In this document: in pieces, positions 45,095 to 55,490 of the stretch | How positions within the stretch are numbered: the first letter of the stretch is position 1 | Layout of the letters: every line of letters begins with the position of its first letter | NCBI GenBank assembly: GCA_025055075.1 | Contig: JANWYV010000009.1 | Span: 21,876-85,875, forward strand | DNA length: 64,000 bases | From: Blastocatellia bacterium | GTDB taxonomy: Bacteria; Acidobacteriota; Blastocatellia; HR10 | Direction of reading: 5' to 3' | Translations under genes and position numbers: made by a program | The notes under the pieces: generated by a model | What the model was told of the DNA's origin: nothing | Seen by the model: only the letters and a program-made list of their open reading frames with translations | Databases searched by the model: none

Positions 45095-46756
45095 GTGAGG
45101 GCGAAGCTGGAGATCATTCCGCTCGGCGGGCTAGGAGAATTCGGGATGAACATGCTGGCCTTGCGCTTTGGGGAGGACATCCTCCTCATTGATGCGGGCC
45201 TGATGTTCCCCGACGAGAGCTTGCACGGCGTGGACGTCGTCATTCCGGATTTTCGATTCATCGAGGCGAATGCGGCGCGCGTGCGCGCCCTCATCCTCAC
45301 GCACGCGCACGAGGATCACATTGGCGCTTTGCCCTATTTGCTGAAGCTCGCCAACGTTCCCGTCTATGGAGCGCGCTTCACGCTGGCCGTGGCCCAGCAC
45401 AAGCTCCTCGAACATGGTCTCCTCAACGAGGCCGAGCTGCATGTCGTCGAACCGGGCGATTTCGTGGAGACGGGGCCTTTCGAGATCGAGTTCATCGGGG
45501 CCGCGCATTCGACCATAGATTGCTTGGCGCTGGCCATTCGAACGCCGGTGGGGATCCTCGTGCATCTGACCGATGTGAAGTTGGATGAGGATCCGGTCAT
45601 TGGCGAACCGACCGATCTCACGCGCTTGCGCCAATACGGCGATCGCGGCGTGCTCGCGCTGCTAGCGGATTCGACGAACGTCGAGCGCAGTGGGCGCACG
45701 CCCTCGGAGCGCGCCGTCCTCCCGGCCCTTGAAGAGATCTTCGAGCAAGCGCCCGGGCGCTTGATCTTCAGTTGTTTCGCCTCTTCGATCCATCGGATTC
45801 AGCTCATCATGGATCTGGCCTACGAATACGACTGTCGGCTCGCGCTGGTGGGTTCGACGATGGTGCGCATGGTGGAGACGGCCATGGCCGAGCGGTATCT
45901 CGATGTGCCGCCGGGGCTCCTCGTCTCGCCTCACGATGTGCCGCGGTTGCCGCGCGAGCGCGTGGCCATGCTCGTCACGGGATGCCAGGGAGAGCCGATG
46001 GCAGCGCTCGCCCGCATGGCGACGGGCTCGTACAAACAGTTGCGGATCGAACCCGAGGACACGGTCGTCCTCTCGGCGCGCATCATCCCCGGGAATGAAC
46101 GAGCGATCTCGCGGCTCATGGATCACATCTATCGGCGCGGCGCGCGCGTCGTGGATGAGACGATCAAACGGGTGCACGTCTCCGGGCATCCGTCGCAGGA
46201 CGATCTGCGGGAATTCTACCGCGTCTTGCGCCCGAAGTATCTCATCCCGATTCACGGCGATTATCGGCGACTCTGCCGCCATAAGGAGTTCGCCTGCGCG
46301 GTCGGTTTCCACCCCGATCAAGTCCTCGTCGTCGAGAATGGTCAGATCATCGAGCTGGATGGCGAGGGCGCGCGCATCAGCGGGGCGACGGTTCCGGTCG
46401 GGCGCACGTTCATTGACGGAGCGGGCTTTGAGGAGATCGAGGAGTTCGTCATCCACGATCGGCGACATCTGGCCGAGGATGGCTTCGTCCTCCCCATCGT
46501 CGTCATTAATAAGACGACGGGAGAATTGGAAGCTCCCCCGGAGATCGTCACCCGCGGATTCATCGCCTCGGAGAACGGCGAGGAATTGCTCGAGCGGGCG
46601 CGCGAACGAGTGATCGAGACGATCGCCGCGGCTGATCTCGATGAACGGACCGATGGCGCCGTCATGAAAGAGAAGATTCGGATCGAGTTGAAGCGGATGA
46701 TCGCGCGCCAGACCGAGCGCCATCCGATGATCATCCCGGTGATCATCGAGATTTGA
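45095..46756 (+). CDS. rnj: Ribonuclease J (metallo-beta-lactamase/beta-CASP)
   Basis: LEIIPLGGLGEFGMN..., HAHEDHIGALP zinc motif, beta-CASP and C-terminal domains. GTG 45095 follows RBS AAGGAGAGAGGG. The track ATG 45002 would add a non-conserved extension. Confidence 0.9.
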   Translation: MRAKLEIIPLGGLGEFGMNMLALRFGEDILLIDAGLMFPDESLHGVDVVIPDFRFIEANAARVRALILTHAHEDHIGALPYLLKLANVPVYGARFTLAVAQHKLLEHGLLNEAELHVVEPGDFVETGPFEIEFIGAAHSTIDCLALAIRTPVGILVHLTDVKLDEDPVIGEPTDLTRLRQYGDRGVLALLADSTNVERSGRTPSERAVLPALEEIFEQAPGRLIFSCFASSIHRIQLIMDLAYEYDCRLALVGSTMVRMVETAMAERYLDVPPGLLVSPHDVPRLPRERVAMLVTGCQGEPMAALARMATGSYKQLRIEPEDTVVLSARIIPGNERAISRLMDHIYRRGARVVDETIKRVHVSGHPSQDDLREFYRVLRPKYLIPIHGDYRRLCRHKEFACAVGFHPDQVLVVENGQIIELDGEGARISGATVPVGRTFIDGAGFEEIEEFVIHDRRHLAEDGFVLPIVVINKTTGELEAPPEIVTRGFIASENGEELLERARERVIETIAAADLDERTDGAVMKEKIRIELKRMIARQTERHPMIIPVIIEI

Positions 46757-46832
46757 CGACTTCATCCGCACGGCGAAGGGCGAGGAAGGAAATTCAACCA
46801 CGCGGCGAAGCGAGGGGGGCAATTCGGCGCAT

Positions 46833-47672
46833 ATGACGATGGTGGAAGCGATCGTGCTCGGGCTCGTGCAGGGACTCACGGAGTTTCTCCCCATCAGCAG
46901 CACGGCGCATTTGCGCATCATCCCCGCCCTTTTGAAAGAGCTTGACCCGACGCGACCGTGGAACGATCCGGGAGCGCCCGCGTCCGCAGTGATCCAACTG
47001 GGGACGCTCGCGGCCGTGCTCAGCTATTTTCGGCATGAGGTCGGCGAGTTGACCGGCGCCTTCGTGCGCGCTCTCGTGCGCGGCCGTCCGTTGGAGACGT
47101 TCCCGGCGCGGTTGGCTTGGCTCATCGGATTGGGGACGATTCCGATCATCATCGGAGGGCTCGCCTTTGAACCGTTCATCCTCACGGGCGCTCGGTCGCT
47201 CGTGGTGATCGCAGGGGCGCTGATCGGACTGGCCCTGCTTTTGCTGGTGGCCGAGTGCGTGTCCTCCCGTCGTCGGGAGTTGACGGAAGTGACCGCGCGC
47301 GACGCCGTGATCATCGGGATCGCGCAAGCGCTCGCTTTGATCCCCGGCTCCTCGCGCTCGGGGACGACGATCACGGCGGGGCTGTTCCTTGGCTTCACGC
47401 GCGAGGCGGCAGCGCGCTTCTCCTTCCTGCTGAGCATTCCCTCGGTGACCTTGAGCGGGCTCTACGAGCTCTATACCATTCGCCATCAGCTCGTGGGGGC
47501 CTACAGCGTGCCGCTTCTTGTGGCGACGCTGCTGGCCGGGATAAGCGGCTATCTCGCCATCGAGTTCCTCCTCCGCTACCTGCGGACGCACACGACCTAT
47601 CTCTTCGTCGTCTATCGGTTGGTGCTCGGTTCTCTGTTGCTCGTGTTGGTGAAGCTCGGGCTCATCGAATGA
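46833..47672 (+). CDS. uppP: Undecaprenyl-diphosphate phosphatase
   Basis: GLTEFLPISSTAHL and PGSSRSGTTI motifs. 8 TM segments. Confidence 0.9.
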   Translation: MTMVEAIVLGLVQGLTEFLPISSTAHLRIIPALLKELDPTRPWNDPGAPASAVIQLGTLAAVLSYFRHEVGELTGAFVRALVRGRPLETFPARLAWLIGLGTIPIIIGGLAFEPFILTGARSLVVIAGALIGLALLLLVAECVSSRRRELTEVTARDAVIIGIAQALALIPGSSRSGTTITAGLFLGFTREAAARFSFLLSIPSVTLSGLYELYTIRHQLVGAYSVPLLVATLLAGISGYLAIEFLLRYLRTHTTYLFVVYRLVLGSLLLVLVKLGLIE

Positions 47673-47689
47673 GCGAGGGAAGGTGCGCG

Positions 47690-49858
47690 TCATCCAATGG
47701 ATGTGAGACCATATTGCGGTTGGCGACGAATCTGGTCGAGCAAGGGCGCGAGTTCGGGAAGCTGCGATCGCCGGGTTAAGAGCCGACGGGCTTCGTGCCG
47801 CGCCAGCTCCAGCAGATGACGATCCCGAACGAGATGACCGATGCGAAAGACCGGCGCGCCGGATTGTCGCGTCCCCATCAGTTCACCCGGACCGCGAATC
47901 TCTAGGTCTTTCTCCGCGATCTTGAATCCGTCGGTGGTCTCGACCATCACTCGCAGGCGTTCGCGGGCTTCGGGGGTCGTCAGATCATGCGCCAGAAGGA
48001 TGCAATAGGATTCGGCCGCGCCTCGGCCCACGCGTCCGCGCAGTTGATGCAACTGCGCCAATCCGAAGCGCTCCGCATGCTCGATAAGCATGACCGTGGC
48101 ATTGGGTACATCCACGCCGACTTCGATGACGGTCGTCGCGACGAGAATGTCGATCTCCCCCGCGAGGAATCGGCGCATGACCTCGTCCTTCTCGGCCGGG
48201 CGCATCTTCCCATGCAAGAGACCGACGCGGAACTCGGGGAAGACGACCCGTTGCAAATGGTCGGCCATCTGCGTGGCGTTCAGCAGGTCCATCTTCTCGG
48301 ACTCTTCGACGAGGGGATAGACGATGTAGGCCTGGCGTCCGGCGCGGACTTGCGCGGCGATGAATTGGTAGATCGCCGGTCGCGCTTCCTCGGTTCGAAG
48401 GAAGGTCCGGACGGGCGTTCGCCCCGGCGGGAGATCGCGAATGATCGAGATGTCGAGATCTCCGTAGACGGTCATCGCCAGCGAGCGCGGGATCGGCGTG
48501 GCCGTCATCACGAGGACATCGGGGTTATAACCGCGCCGGATCAGTTCCGCCCGCTGCAAGACGCCGAAGCGATGCTGTTCGTCAATGACGACGAGGCCGA
48601 GGTTATGAAAGCGCACGCCTTCTTGGATGAGGGCGTGCGTGCCGATGACGATTTGAATCTCGCCGCGAGAGAGGGCCTCGTACAGCTCGCGCTTCTCAGC
48701 GTTGCGCAGACTACCCGTGAGCAGCTCGACGCGATAGGAAGTTTGGGCGAGCCATCGCTTCACATTGCGCGCGTGTTGTTCGGCCAGGATCTCGGTGGGC
48801 ACCATCAGCGCCGCCTGATAGCCGTTCTCGACGGCGACGACCATCGCCAGAAGCGCGACGATCGTCTTGCCACTGCCGACATCCCCCTGCAAGAGGCGAT
48901 TCATCGGCCGCGGGGAGCACATATCCCGCACGATCTCGCGGAGCGCGTGGCGCTGCCCTTCGGTCAAGCGAAAAGGTAAGATCGCGCGCACGATCTCGCG
49001 GATGCGGTCGTCCACGCGGATGTGCGGACCTTTCGGCGAATGCTCGCGCTCTTCTCGGCGCAACCCAAGAGCGAGTTGAAGGCGGAGGAATTCCTCGAAG
49101 ATCAATCGGCGATGGGCCGGTGATCGCGCTTCGTTATAATCCTCTAGCGGCGCCTCGTCCTCCGGAAAGTGGACGTATCGCAGTGCCTCGTATCGTGGAA
49201 TGAGGTGCAAGCGCCGTCGCGTCTCTTCCGGCAGCATCTCGGGCACGTTCTCCGCCGTGAGTTGTTGCACCAGATGGTGGAGGATTGCGCGCAGCGGTCG
49301 CGTCGTGAATGGTCCCAGCTTGCGATAGATGGGGACGCGCCGCCCGGTGTGGATGGCCGCGGCGACGTCGTCTTCTTCGGTGAGGACCTCGAAGTCCGGG
49401 TTCTCAGCTTCGAAGCACCGTCGAGCAGCGTTGTACCGCCATTGTCCGTAGAGGATCACGCGCGCGCCGCGCGGAAAGGTCTTCTCCAACCACGGGCGAT
49501 TCCACCAGAAGGCGCGAATTTGTCCCGTCTCGTCGGTGGCCGATAGCTCGAAGATCGTCAACTGACCACCCTTCACGGCATAGCTGCCGGTGACGCGCAC
49601 GACGACTTCAAGGGAAGCCCACATGTTCTCGCGCAATTCGACGATGCGCGCCAGGTGCGAACGATCCTCATATCGCATGGGCAGATAGAGGAGAAGATCT
49701 TCGACCGTGACCTGGTGTGGATCGGAGAGGCCGAGGAAATGGGCCATGGCGGCAGCCAGCGCGCGCGCCCGCTGTGGTCCCACACGCGGAATCCGGCACT
49801 GATGCAAGCGAGCGAGCGGCATCTGAAGCGAGAACACGCTCATCTTCGATTCCGCCAT
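47690..49858 (-). CDS. recG: ATP-dependent DNA helicase RecG
   Basis: Wedge/OB N-domain, Walker A GDVGSGKT, DEQHRFG, TATPIPR, and RecG-specific HQLRGRVGRG. Confidence 0.9.
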   Translation of the reverse strand: MAESKMSVFSLQMPLARLHQCRIPRVGPQRARALAAAMAHFLGLSDPHQVTVEDLLLYLPMRYEDRSHLARIVELRENMWASLEVVVRVTGSYAVKGGQLTIFELSATDETGQIRAFWWNRPWLEKTFPRGARVILYGQWRYNAARRCFEAENPDFEVLTEEDDVAAAIHTGRRVPIYRKLGPFTTRPLRAILHHLVQQLTAENVPEMLPEETRRRLHLIPRYEALRYVHFPEDEAPLEDYNEARSPAHRRLIFEEFLRLQLALGLRREEREHSPKGPHIRVDDRIREIVRAILPFRLTEGQRHALREIVRDMCSPRPMNRLLQGDVGSGKTIVALLAMVVAVENGYQAALMVPTEILAEQHARNVKRWLAQTSYRVELLTGSLRNAEKRELYEALSRGEIQIVIGTHALIQEGVRFHNLGLVVIDEQHRFGVLQRAELIRRGYNPDVLVMTATPIPRSLAMTVYGDLDISIIRDLPPGRTPVRTFLRTEEARPAIYQFIAAQVRAGRQAYIVYPLVEESEKMDLLNATQMADHLQRVVFPEFRVGLLHGKMRPAEKDEVMRRFLAGEIDILVATTVIEVGVDVPNATVMLIEHAERFGLAQLHQLRGRVGRGAAESYCILLAHDLTTPEARERLRVMVETTDGFKIAEKDLEIRGPGELMGTRQSGAPVFRIGHLVRDRHLLELARHEARRLLTRRSQLPELAPLLDQIRRQPQYGLTSIG

Positions 49859-49918
49859 GAGGGGGAAAGTATATCCGACGGCGGTGGTGATCCTCCACTG
49901 CGCTCTCCTTCGGGCTCG

Positions 49919-49946
49919 TTGACATCCCCCCCAAGCAGTGTAGAAT
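49919..49946 (+). promoter_or_regulatory. Near-consensus promoter for the GT2 synthase gene
   Basis: TTGACA (49919-49924), a 16-bp spacer, then TAGAAT (49941-49946). Confidence 0.55.
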
Positions 49947-49994
49947 TAATCGCGGCGTGAGCGGGTGTGCCGAGATTCGGAGAATGGGAAACAT

Positions 49995-51602
49995 ATGGGG
50001 GATGTCGGGTTCTCTGCGTTCGCGGATCAAGGGGAATTGATGCCGCCGGAGCCGATTCCGGAGATCGTGCGGCGCGTACTTGGGGAAGGAGGCGCTCGCC
50101 CGAACATCAGTTATCTCTACCACGCGGATGCCTTCGATTGGGTGGTGATGGGCATCTACTTCGGCATCCTGCTGCTGCTCTCGATCTACGGCATCTATCG
50201 GTTCCGCCTCGTGTATCTCTTCCTCCGATATCGTCACTATCGGCCACAGCCCCGCGGAACTTTCTCCGAAGCGGAGCTGCCGCGCGTGACCGTGCAATTG
50301 CCCATCTACAACGAGATGTACGTCGTCGAACGACTCCTTCGCGCCGTGACGCAGTTGGATTATCCCCGCGATCGGTTGGAGATTCAGGTCCTCGATGATT
50401 CGACCGATGAGACGTCGGAGATCTGCCGACGCTTGGTCGAACAGTATCGAGCTGAGGGGTATGACATCGTCTACCTTCGACGGGGAGATCGTCAGGGCTT
50501 CAAAGCCGGAGCGTTGGCGTATGGCTTATCGTTCGCTCGCGGAGAACTGATCGCCATCTTCGATGCCGATTTCATCCCCCGCTCCGATTGCTTGCGCAAG
50601 ATGGTGCCTTACTTCACGGACCCGCAGGTCGGCATGGTCCAGATGCGCTGGAGCTACATCAACGCCGATTACAATCTCCTGACGCGCCTTCAGCAGATCA
50701 TGCTCGATGGCCATTTCGTCGTGGAGCAAACGGCGCGCAGTGGCTCCGGCAGCTTCTTCAATTTCAACGGCACAGCAGGGATGTGGCGGCGCACGGCCAT
50801 CGAGTGGAGCGGAGGATGGCAGTGCGATACATTGGCCGAAGATACCGATCTCAGCTACCGCGCGCAGCTCTTCGGGTGGAAGTTCATCTACTTGCTCGAT
50901 GAAGACGTCCCTTCGGAATTGCCCGTGGACATGAACTCCTTCAAAGTCCAACAACGCCGGTGGGCCAAGGGCGTGCTGCAGGTGGGCTTCAAATTGATCG
51001 GGCGCATCTTCCGCAGCCCGCTCCCCTGGTCCGTCAAACTCGAACTGTTCTTTCGATTCACCAACAACGCGAACGCTCCCCTGGTCATCCTTCTCAGTTT
51101 GCTCCATTGGCCGGTCCTAATCGCGCGGTACAATCAAGGATGGTTCCACCTGCTCGTCCTGGATGTGCCGATCTTGCTTTTCGCCACCGTGTCGGTGCTC
51201 GCCTTTTACGGCGTGGCCATCTGGCATCTCTATCCCGATTGGAAGCGGCAGGTGAAATATCTCCCGCTGGTGATGGCCGTGGGGATCGGACTGGCGCTCA
51301 ATAACGCCCGCGCGGCGCTGGAGGCGTTCCTCGGCATTCGCTCGGCGTTTGCGCGCACGCCGAAATTCAAGATCGAGTCTCGGCGCGATGAGTGGAAGAG
51401 CAAGCGCTATACGTTCCGTCATGATCTCACCCCGTTCCTCGAATTAGCGCTCGCCGTTTACTTCGTCTTCGTCGTCTCCTATGCGACTCAGATGCAGATT
51501 TATGGGACGATCCCCTTCCTCGTCCTCTTCTTTCTGGGGTATGGATTCACGGGAGCGTTCTCCGTCATCCAAGGGCGCGCAGTCGCGCGCGCGACCCGAT
51601 GA
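49995..51602 (+). CDS. Processive family-2 glycosyltransferase (cellulose-synthase/CslA-like)
   Basis: DDSTDET, FDADF, AEDTDLSYR and QQRRWAKG (QxxRW) motifs with flanking TM helices. Start is uncertain (ATG 49995 or 50040; the track start 49965 is a GTG upstream of the predicted TSS). Confidence 0.8.
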   Translation: MGDVGFSAFADQGELMPPEPIPEIVRRVLGEGGARPNISYLYHADAFDWVVMGIYFGILLLLSIYGIYRFRLVYLFLRYRHYRPQPRGTFSEAELPRVTVQLPIYNEMYVVERLLRAVTQLDYPRDRLEIQVLDDSTDETSEICRRLVEQYRAEGYDIVYLRRGDRQGFKAGALAYGLSFARGELIAIFDADFIPRSDCLRKMVPYFTDPQVGMVQMRWSYINADYNLLTRLQQIMLDGHFVVEQTARSGSGSFFNFNGTAGMWRRTAIEWSGGWQCDTLAEDTDLSYRAQLFGWKFIYLLDEDVPSELPVDMNSFKVQQRRWAKGVLQVGFKLIGRIFRSPLPWSVKLELFFRFTNNANAPLVILLSLLHWPVLIARYNQGWFHLLVLDVPILLFATVSVLAFYGVAIWHLYPDWKRQVKYLPLVMAVGIGLALNNARAALEAFLGIRSAFARTPKFKIESRRDEWKSKRYTFRHDLTPFLELALAVYFVFVVSYATQMQIYGTIPFLVLFFLGYGFTGAFSVIQGRAVARATR

Positions 51603-51643
51603 AGAGATTTCCAGCGATGTGTGATCCCGTGGGAGGTGTGACC

Positions 51644-53002
51644 ATGCGACGACATCTCATCCTTCGGATTCTGATCCTCAGTGCCGTGTTGGTGGGATCC
51701 CTCGTCCCCTTCGGCGCCACCGGGACAGCTGTGCAGAAAGCGAGCCCGAAGGGGAAGACGCTGCTGGGGATTCCGCTCGAAGAATATCGGCAGCGGCGCG
51801 AACGTTTGATGGAGCTCATCCCCGAAGGGATCGTGCTCCTTTCGGGAAAGACGGAGGAGGAGGATAACGAGGTCGAGCAGAAGTTTCGCCAGCGAAGCTA
51901 CTTCATGTATCTGACAGGCGTGGAGGTACCGGGAGCGATCCTCGCGTTGATCCCCAAAGGCTATGGTCCCAACGGAGTGCGAGAGGTACTCTTTCTGCCG
52001 CCGCGCAATCCGGCGCGCGAGCGATGGACGGGGCCCAAGGTCGGACCTGAGGAGGCCGTATCGGAATTCGGCGTCGAACGCGCGTTGCCGACGACGGCGT
52101 TCGAGAGCGAGTTGCCGAAGATGCTCGAGTCCGCGAAAGTCGTTTACACGGTCATCCCTTCGGGGCCGTCGGCGCGATTCAGTCGCGAGCAGGCGTTCCT
52201 CGAGCGCTTTCGCCACGGGGTCGAAGTGCGCGATGTTCGACCGCTGCTCGCTGAGCTTCGGCGGATCAAATCGCCGGCCGAAATCACGCTCTTGCGCGAG
52301 GCCGCGCGCATCACAGCCGATGCGCATCGCGAAGTCGCGCGCGCGTTGCGACCCGGGATGTTCGAATACGAACTGGAAGCCATCGTCATGGCCACATTCT
52401 TGAAGAATGGAGCGCGGCGCGCGGGCTTCCCCCCGATCATCGGATCGGGTCCGAATTCCACGATCTTGCATTATCAGGCGAATCGTCGCCAGATCGCCGC
52501 GGGCGATCTGGTCGTCGTGGACATCGGAGCCGAATACGAGTACTACACGGCTGACATCACGCGCACATATCCGGCCAGCGGTCGCTTCACCGAACGGCAA
52601 CGGCAGATTTACGCGGTGGTGTTGGGAGCACAGAAGGCGGCCGAGGCCGCTTTCCGTCCCGGTCAGACGACGATGCGCGAGCTGCAAGAGGTCGCGCGTC
52701 GCTTCATGCGAGAGAGCCCCGTGCGCGCTCGCGATGGGCAGACGCTCGATCGCTTCTTCCTTCATGGTTTGGGCCACTACGTCGGACTCGATGTCCATGA
52801 TGTCGGGGATTACAGCAAGCCGCTCGTTCCGGGGGTGGTGATCACCATCGAACCGGGCATTTATCTGCCCGATGAACACATCGGCGTGCGCATCGAGGAC
52901 ATGTATCTGGTCACGGAGACCGGATTGGTGAAGCTCTCGGCCAATATCCCGAGCGCGCCCGATGAAGTCGAGCGATGGATGGCGAGGCGAACAGCGCGAT
53001 GA
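51644..53002 (+). CDS. pepP: Exported Xaa-Pro aminopeptidase (M24B)
   Basis: Signal peptide MRRHLILRILILSAVLVG. Creatinase-like N-domain. M24 metal ligands in DIGAEYEYYTADITRT, HGLGHYVGLDVHD and IEPGIY...RIED. RBS GGAGGTG. Confidence 0.8.
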   Translation: MRRHLILRILILSAVLVGSLVPFGATGTAVQKASPKGKTLLGIPLEEYRQRRERLMELIPEGIVLLSGKTEEEDNEVEQKFRQRSYFMYLTGVEVPGAILALIPKGYGPNGVREVLFLPPRNPARERWTGPKVGPEEAVSEFGVERALPTTAFESELPKMLESAKVVYTVIPSGPSARFSREQAFLERFRHGVEVRDVRPLLAELRRIKSPAEITLLREAARITADAHREVARALRPGMFEYELEAIVMATFLKNGARRAGFPPIIGSGPNSTILHYQANRRQIAAGDLVVVDIGAEYEYYTADITRTYPASGRFTERQRQIYAVVLGAQKAAEAAFRPGQTTMRELQEVARRFMRESPVRARDGQTLDRFFLHGLGHYVGLDVHDVGDYSKPLVPGVVITIEPGIYLPDEHIGVRIEDMYLVTETGLVKLSANIPSAPDEVERWMARRTAR

Positions 53003-55380
53003 CGCCCTTGACTTTCGAGTCGCTCGAATACGAAGCGTTGTTGGCGCTACTGGCGGAGCGGACGCAGACGCCGCAAGGCCGGCGTTTGGTCGAACAACTG
53101 CGGCCAATGACTGATCCGGAGGAGATTCGGCGTCAGCTTCGACTCGTGAGCGATGCCGCGCAGTATCTCAGCGCCCATTCGGGGTTCGGATTAAGTGGGC
53201 TGGCCGATCCGACGGAAGCGCTGCAGTTGTTGCGGATCGAGAATGCCACCCTGTCGCCGACGCAGATTTTGGATCTGATTGCGCTCATCGAAGTGGGACA
53301 GGATGTCCGAACCTCCGTCCTCGGGCAACGGCGCCAATACCCGCATCTGGCGGCGTTCATTGCGGAGATCCCGGACCTGCGCCCCGCGCTTCGACATCTG
53401 CGGGGGAAAATCTTGCCGGGCGGCGAAATTGATGATCATGCGAGTCCGGAATTGGCCGAGATCCGGCAGCACATCCACCGACTGCGCGCGCGCATTTATC
53501 GGCGGCTGGAAGAGATCATGCGCGCCAGCCCCGAAGGCATCGTGCAGGATGAGTTGGTGACGCTGCGCAACGAGCGCTACGTGATCCCCGTTCGGGCATC
53601 GCATCGCACGCAGGTGCCGGGCGTCGTCCACGCCGTCTCCTCCAGCGGCGCGACCGTCTTCATCGAACCGCTCGAAACGATCGAGTTGAACAACGAGCTG
53701 GTGCGATGGCGCGAGGAGGAGCAAGCGGAGATCGCCCGCATCTTGCGCGAGATGAGCGAGCGATTGCGTTGGGAGCTGCCGCTGTTGGAGAAATTGGCCC
53801 GACTCATCGCGGAGCTGGACGTGCTCAGCGCTAAGGCGCGATTAGCCCTCGACTTCCGATGCGTGGAGCCGGAGTTGGTGAGCGATCGTGTGACGCTCGT
53901 GCTCGAAGAGGCGCGGCATGTGCTTCTTGAACACGTCCTGCGGCAGCGCGGGGAGCCGATCGTCCCGATCTCCGTCGCCCTCGATGACGCACATCGCGTC
54001 TTGATCATCAGCGGGCCGAATGCGGGGGGAAAGACCGTAGCCGTGAAGACGATTGGCCTCCTCGCCCTGATGGCGCAATCGGGAATGCTCATCCCAGCGC
54101 GCGCGGCGACGCTCTCGGTCTTTCGGAGCATCCTCGCCGACATCGGCGATCGGCAATCGTTAGTGGCCAACCTTTCGACCTTCACGGCGCATATCACGAG
54201 CGTGCGGGAGATGGCCGAGCAGTTGCAGCAGCCGGCGCTCGTGCTCATTGACGAAGTGGGCACGGGGACGGATCCGGAGGAGGGAGCAGCATTGGCGGTC
54301 GCCATTGTGGACTATTTCCGACGACGCGGCGCGATGGTCGTCGCCGCGACGCACTACTCGGCGCTGAAAACCTACGGGTATCTCACCCCCGGCGTCGTGA
54401 ATGCGGCGGTCGAATTCGACGAAGTGCGCTTGCAGCCGACGTATCGCTTGCAGCAAGGCGTGGCCGGAGCCTCAAGCGCGTTGGAGATCGCGCGCCGCGT
54501 CGGGTTGCCGGAGGAGATCCTCGCAGAAGCGCGGAAGCAATTGGGGGCTTCCGAACAGGAGGCGAATCGTTATTTGAATCGGTTGCGAGAAGAGCTGGAG
54601 CAGCAACGCGCGGCGCGCATGGCCTTGGAGGAAGAACGCGCGGCCCTCGCCGAGCGCTACGAGCAGTTGCAGCGCGAGTTCTTCGCCCGCGAGCAGCAGC
54701 GGCAGCGGCAGTTCGAGACAATGCTGCGCGAGTTCCTGGCGACCGTCGCTCAGCGGGCTGAGGAATTGCTCGGTCAGATCACCGACGAACAGGCGCGCCG
54801 ACAGGCACGGCGTCTCATCGAGCGTCGCATGGCGAAGTTCAAATCGGATGTATGGCAGCGCGCGCGCGCTGTCTCGTTCGAGACGCCTCCGACGAGCGCG
54901 CCAACGCCTCACATGCTTCCCGCCGAGGAAGTCGCTTTGAAACCCGGTGATCGCGTGCGCGTCCGGAGCTTGAATCAGATTGGCGTGGTGGCGGAAGTCG
55001 AACCCGAGCAGGTGCTCGTGCACCTCGGTCCCCTGCGCGTGCGCGCGAGTGTGAGCGATCTCGATGTGCTCCTTGAGCCGACGCCGGAGACTATCGAGCG
55101 ACCGAGTGAGCGCGTTCGACTGCAGCTCGCCGCCCGCGCGGATGTGCCCTCGGAGCTGAATCTCATTGGGAAGACGGTCGAAGAGGCGCTCGAGTTGACG
55201 GATCGGTTCTTGGACGCCGCGTATCTGGCCGATCGGCGCGAGGTGACGATCATTCATGGTGCCGGCTCGGGAGCGTTGCGTCGAGCCGTGCGCGAGTTCT
55301 TGTCCCGACATCCCCACGTCGCGCGATTTCGACCGGCATCGGCCGATGGCGCGACGCTCGTTGAGTTGAACGAGCGCTGA
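52999..55380 (+). CDS. mutS2: Endonuclease MutS2 (MutS ATPase + Smr domain)
   Basis: Walker A GPNAGGKT, DEVGTGTDP, long coiled coil, C-terminal Smr (LNLIGKTVEEAL...IIHGAGSGALRRAV). ATG 52999 overlaps the pepP stop by 4 bp. Confidence 0.9.
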   Translation: MTPLTFESLEYEALLALLAERTQTPQGRRLVEQLRPMTDPEEIRRQLRLVSDAAQYLSAHSGFGLSGLADPTEALQLLRIENATLSPTQILDLIALIEVGQDVRTSVLGQRRQYPHLAAFIAEIPDLRPALRHLRGKILPGGEIDDHASPELAEIRQHIHRLRARIYRRLEEIMRASPEGIVQDELVTLRNERYVIPVRASHRTQVPGVVHAVSSSGATVFIEPLETIELNNELVRWREEEQAEIARILREMSERLRWELPLLEKLARLIAELDVLSAKARLALDFRCVEPELVSDRVTLVLEEARHVLLEHVLRQRGEPIVPISVALDDAHRVLIISGPNAGGKTVAVKTIGLLALMAQSGMLIPARAATLSVFRSILADIGDRQSLVANLSTFTAHITSVREMAEQLQQPALVLIDEVGTGTDPEEGAALAVAIVDYFRRRGAMVVAATHYSALKTYGYLTPGVVNAAVEFDEVRLQPTYRLQQGVAGASSALEIARRVGLPEEILAEARKQLGASEQEANRYLNRLREELEQQRAARMALEEERAALAERYEQLQREFFAREQQRQRQFETMLREFLATVAQRAEELLGQITDEQARRQARRLIERRMAKFKSDVWQRARAVSFETPPTSAPTPHMLPAEEVALKPGDRVRVRSLNQIGVVAEVEPEQVLVHLGPLRVRASVSDLDVLLEPTPETIERPSERVRLQLAARADVPSELNLIGKTVEEALELTDRFLDAAYLADRREVTIIHGAGSGALRRAVREFLSRHPHVARFRPASADGATLVELNER

Positions 55381-55404
55381 GCGCGATTCGCTCGGCGCAT
55401 TCCC

Positions 55405-55434
55405 TTGCTTTTTGCGCGACGGCTCATCTAGAAT
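55405..55434 (+). promoter_or_regulatory. Candidate promoter for dnaG-rpoD
   Basis: TTGCTT (55405-55410), an 18-bp spacer, then TAGAAT (55429-55434). Confidence 0.4.
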
Positions 55435-55490
55435 CGCTTGCCGAGAGGAGAACGCGGCAGCGCCAGGGCACGCGCCGAAGGAGCCGAAGA

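Noticed and set aside
44770-45192. 140-aa plus-strand ORF with a good AGGAGG RBS in the TPR/rnj intergenic region
   Set aside because: It runs out of frame into the rnj coding sequence. The product is Arg-rich and motif-less, and the ORF would lie upstream of the best rnj promoter. A very short upstream peptide cannot be excluded, but the full ORF is unlikely to be real.
45662-47693. 419-aa and 299-aa minus-strand ORFs (45662-46921, 46794-47693)
   Set aside because: They are antisense to rnj and uppP respectively. Composition is extremely Arg/Asp/His/Pro-rich, with no motifs, RBS or promoter support.
51500-53107. 535-aa minus-strand ORF
   Set aside because: It is antisense to the M24 aminopeptidase and the GT2 3' end. 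The product is Arg/Asp/His-rich with no recognisable domain. The plus strand encodes conserved metal-ligand motifs.
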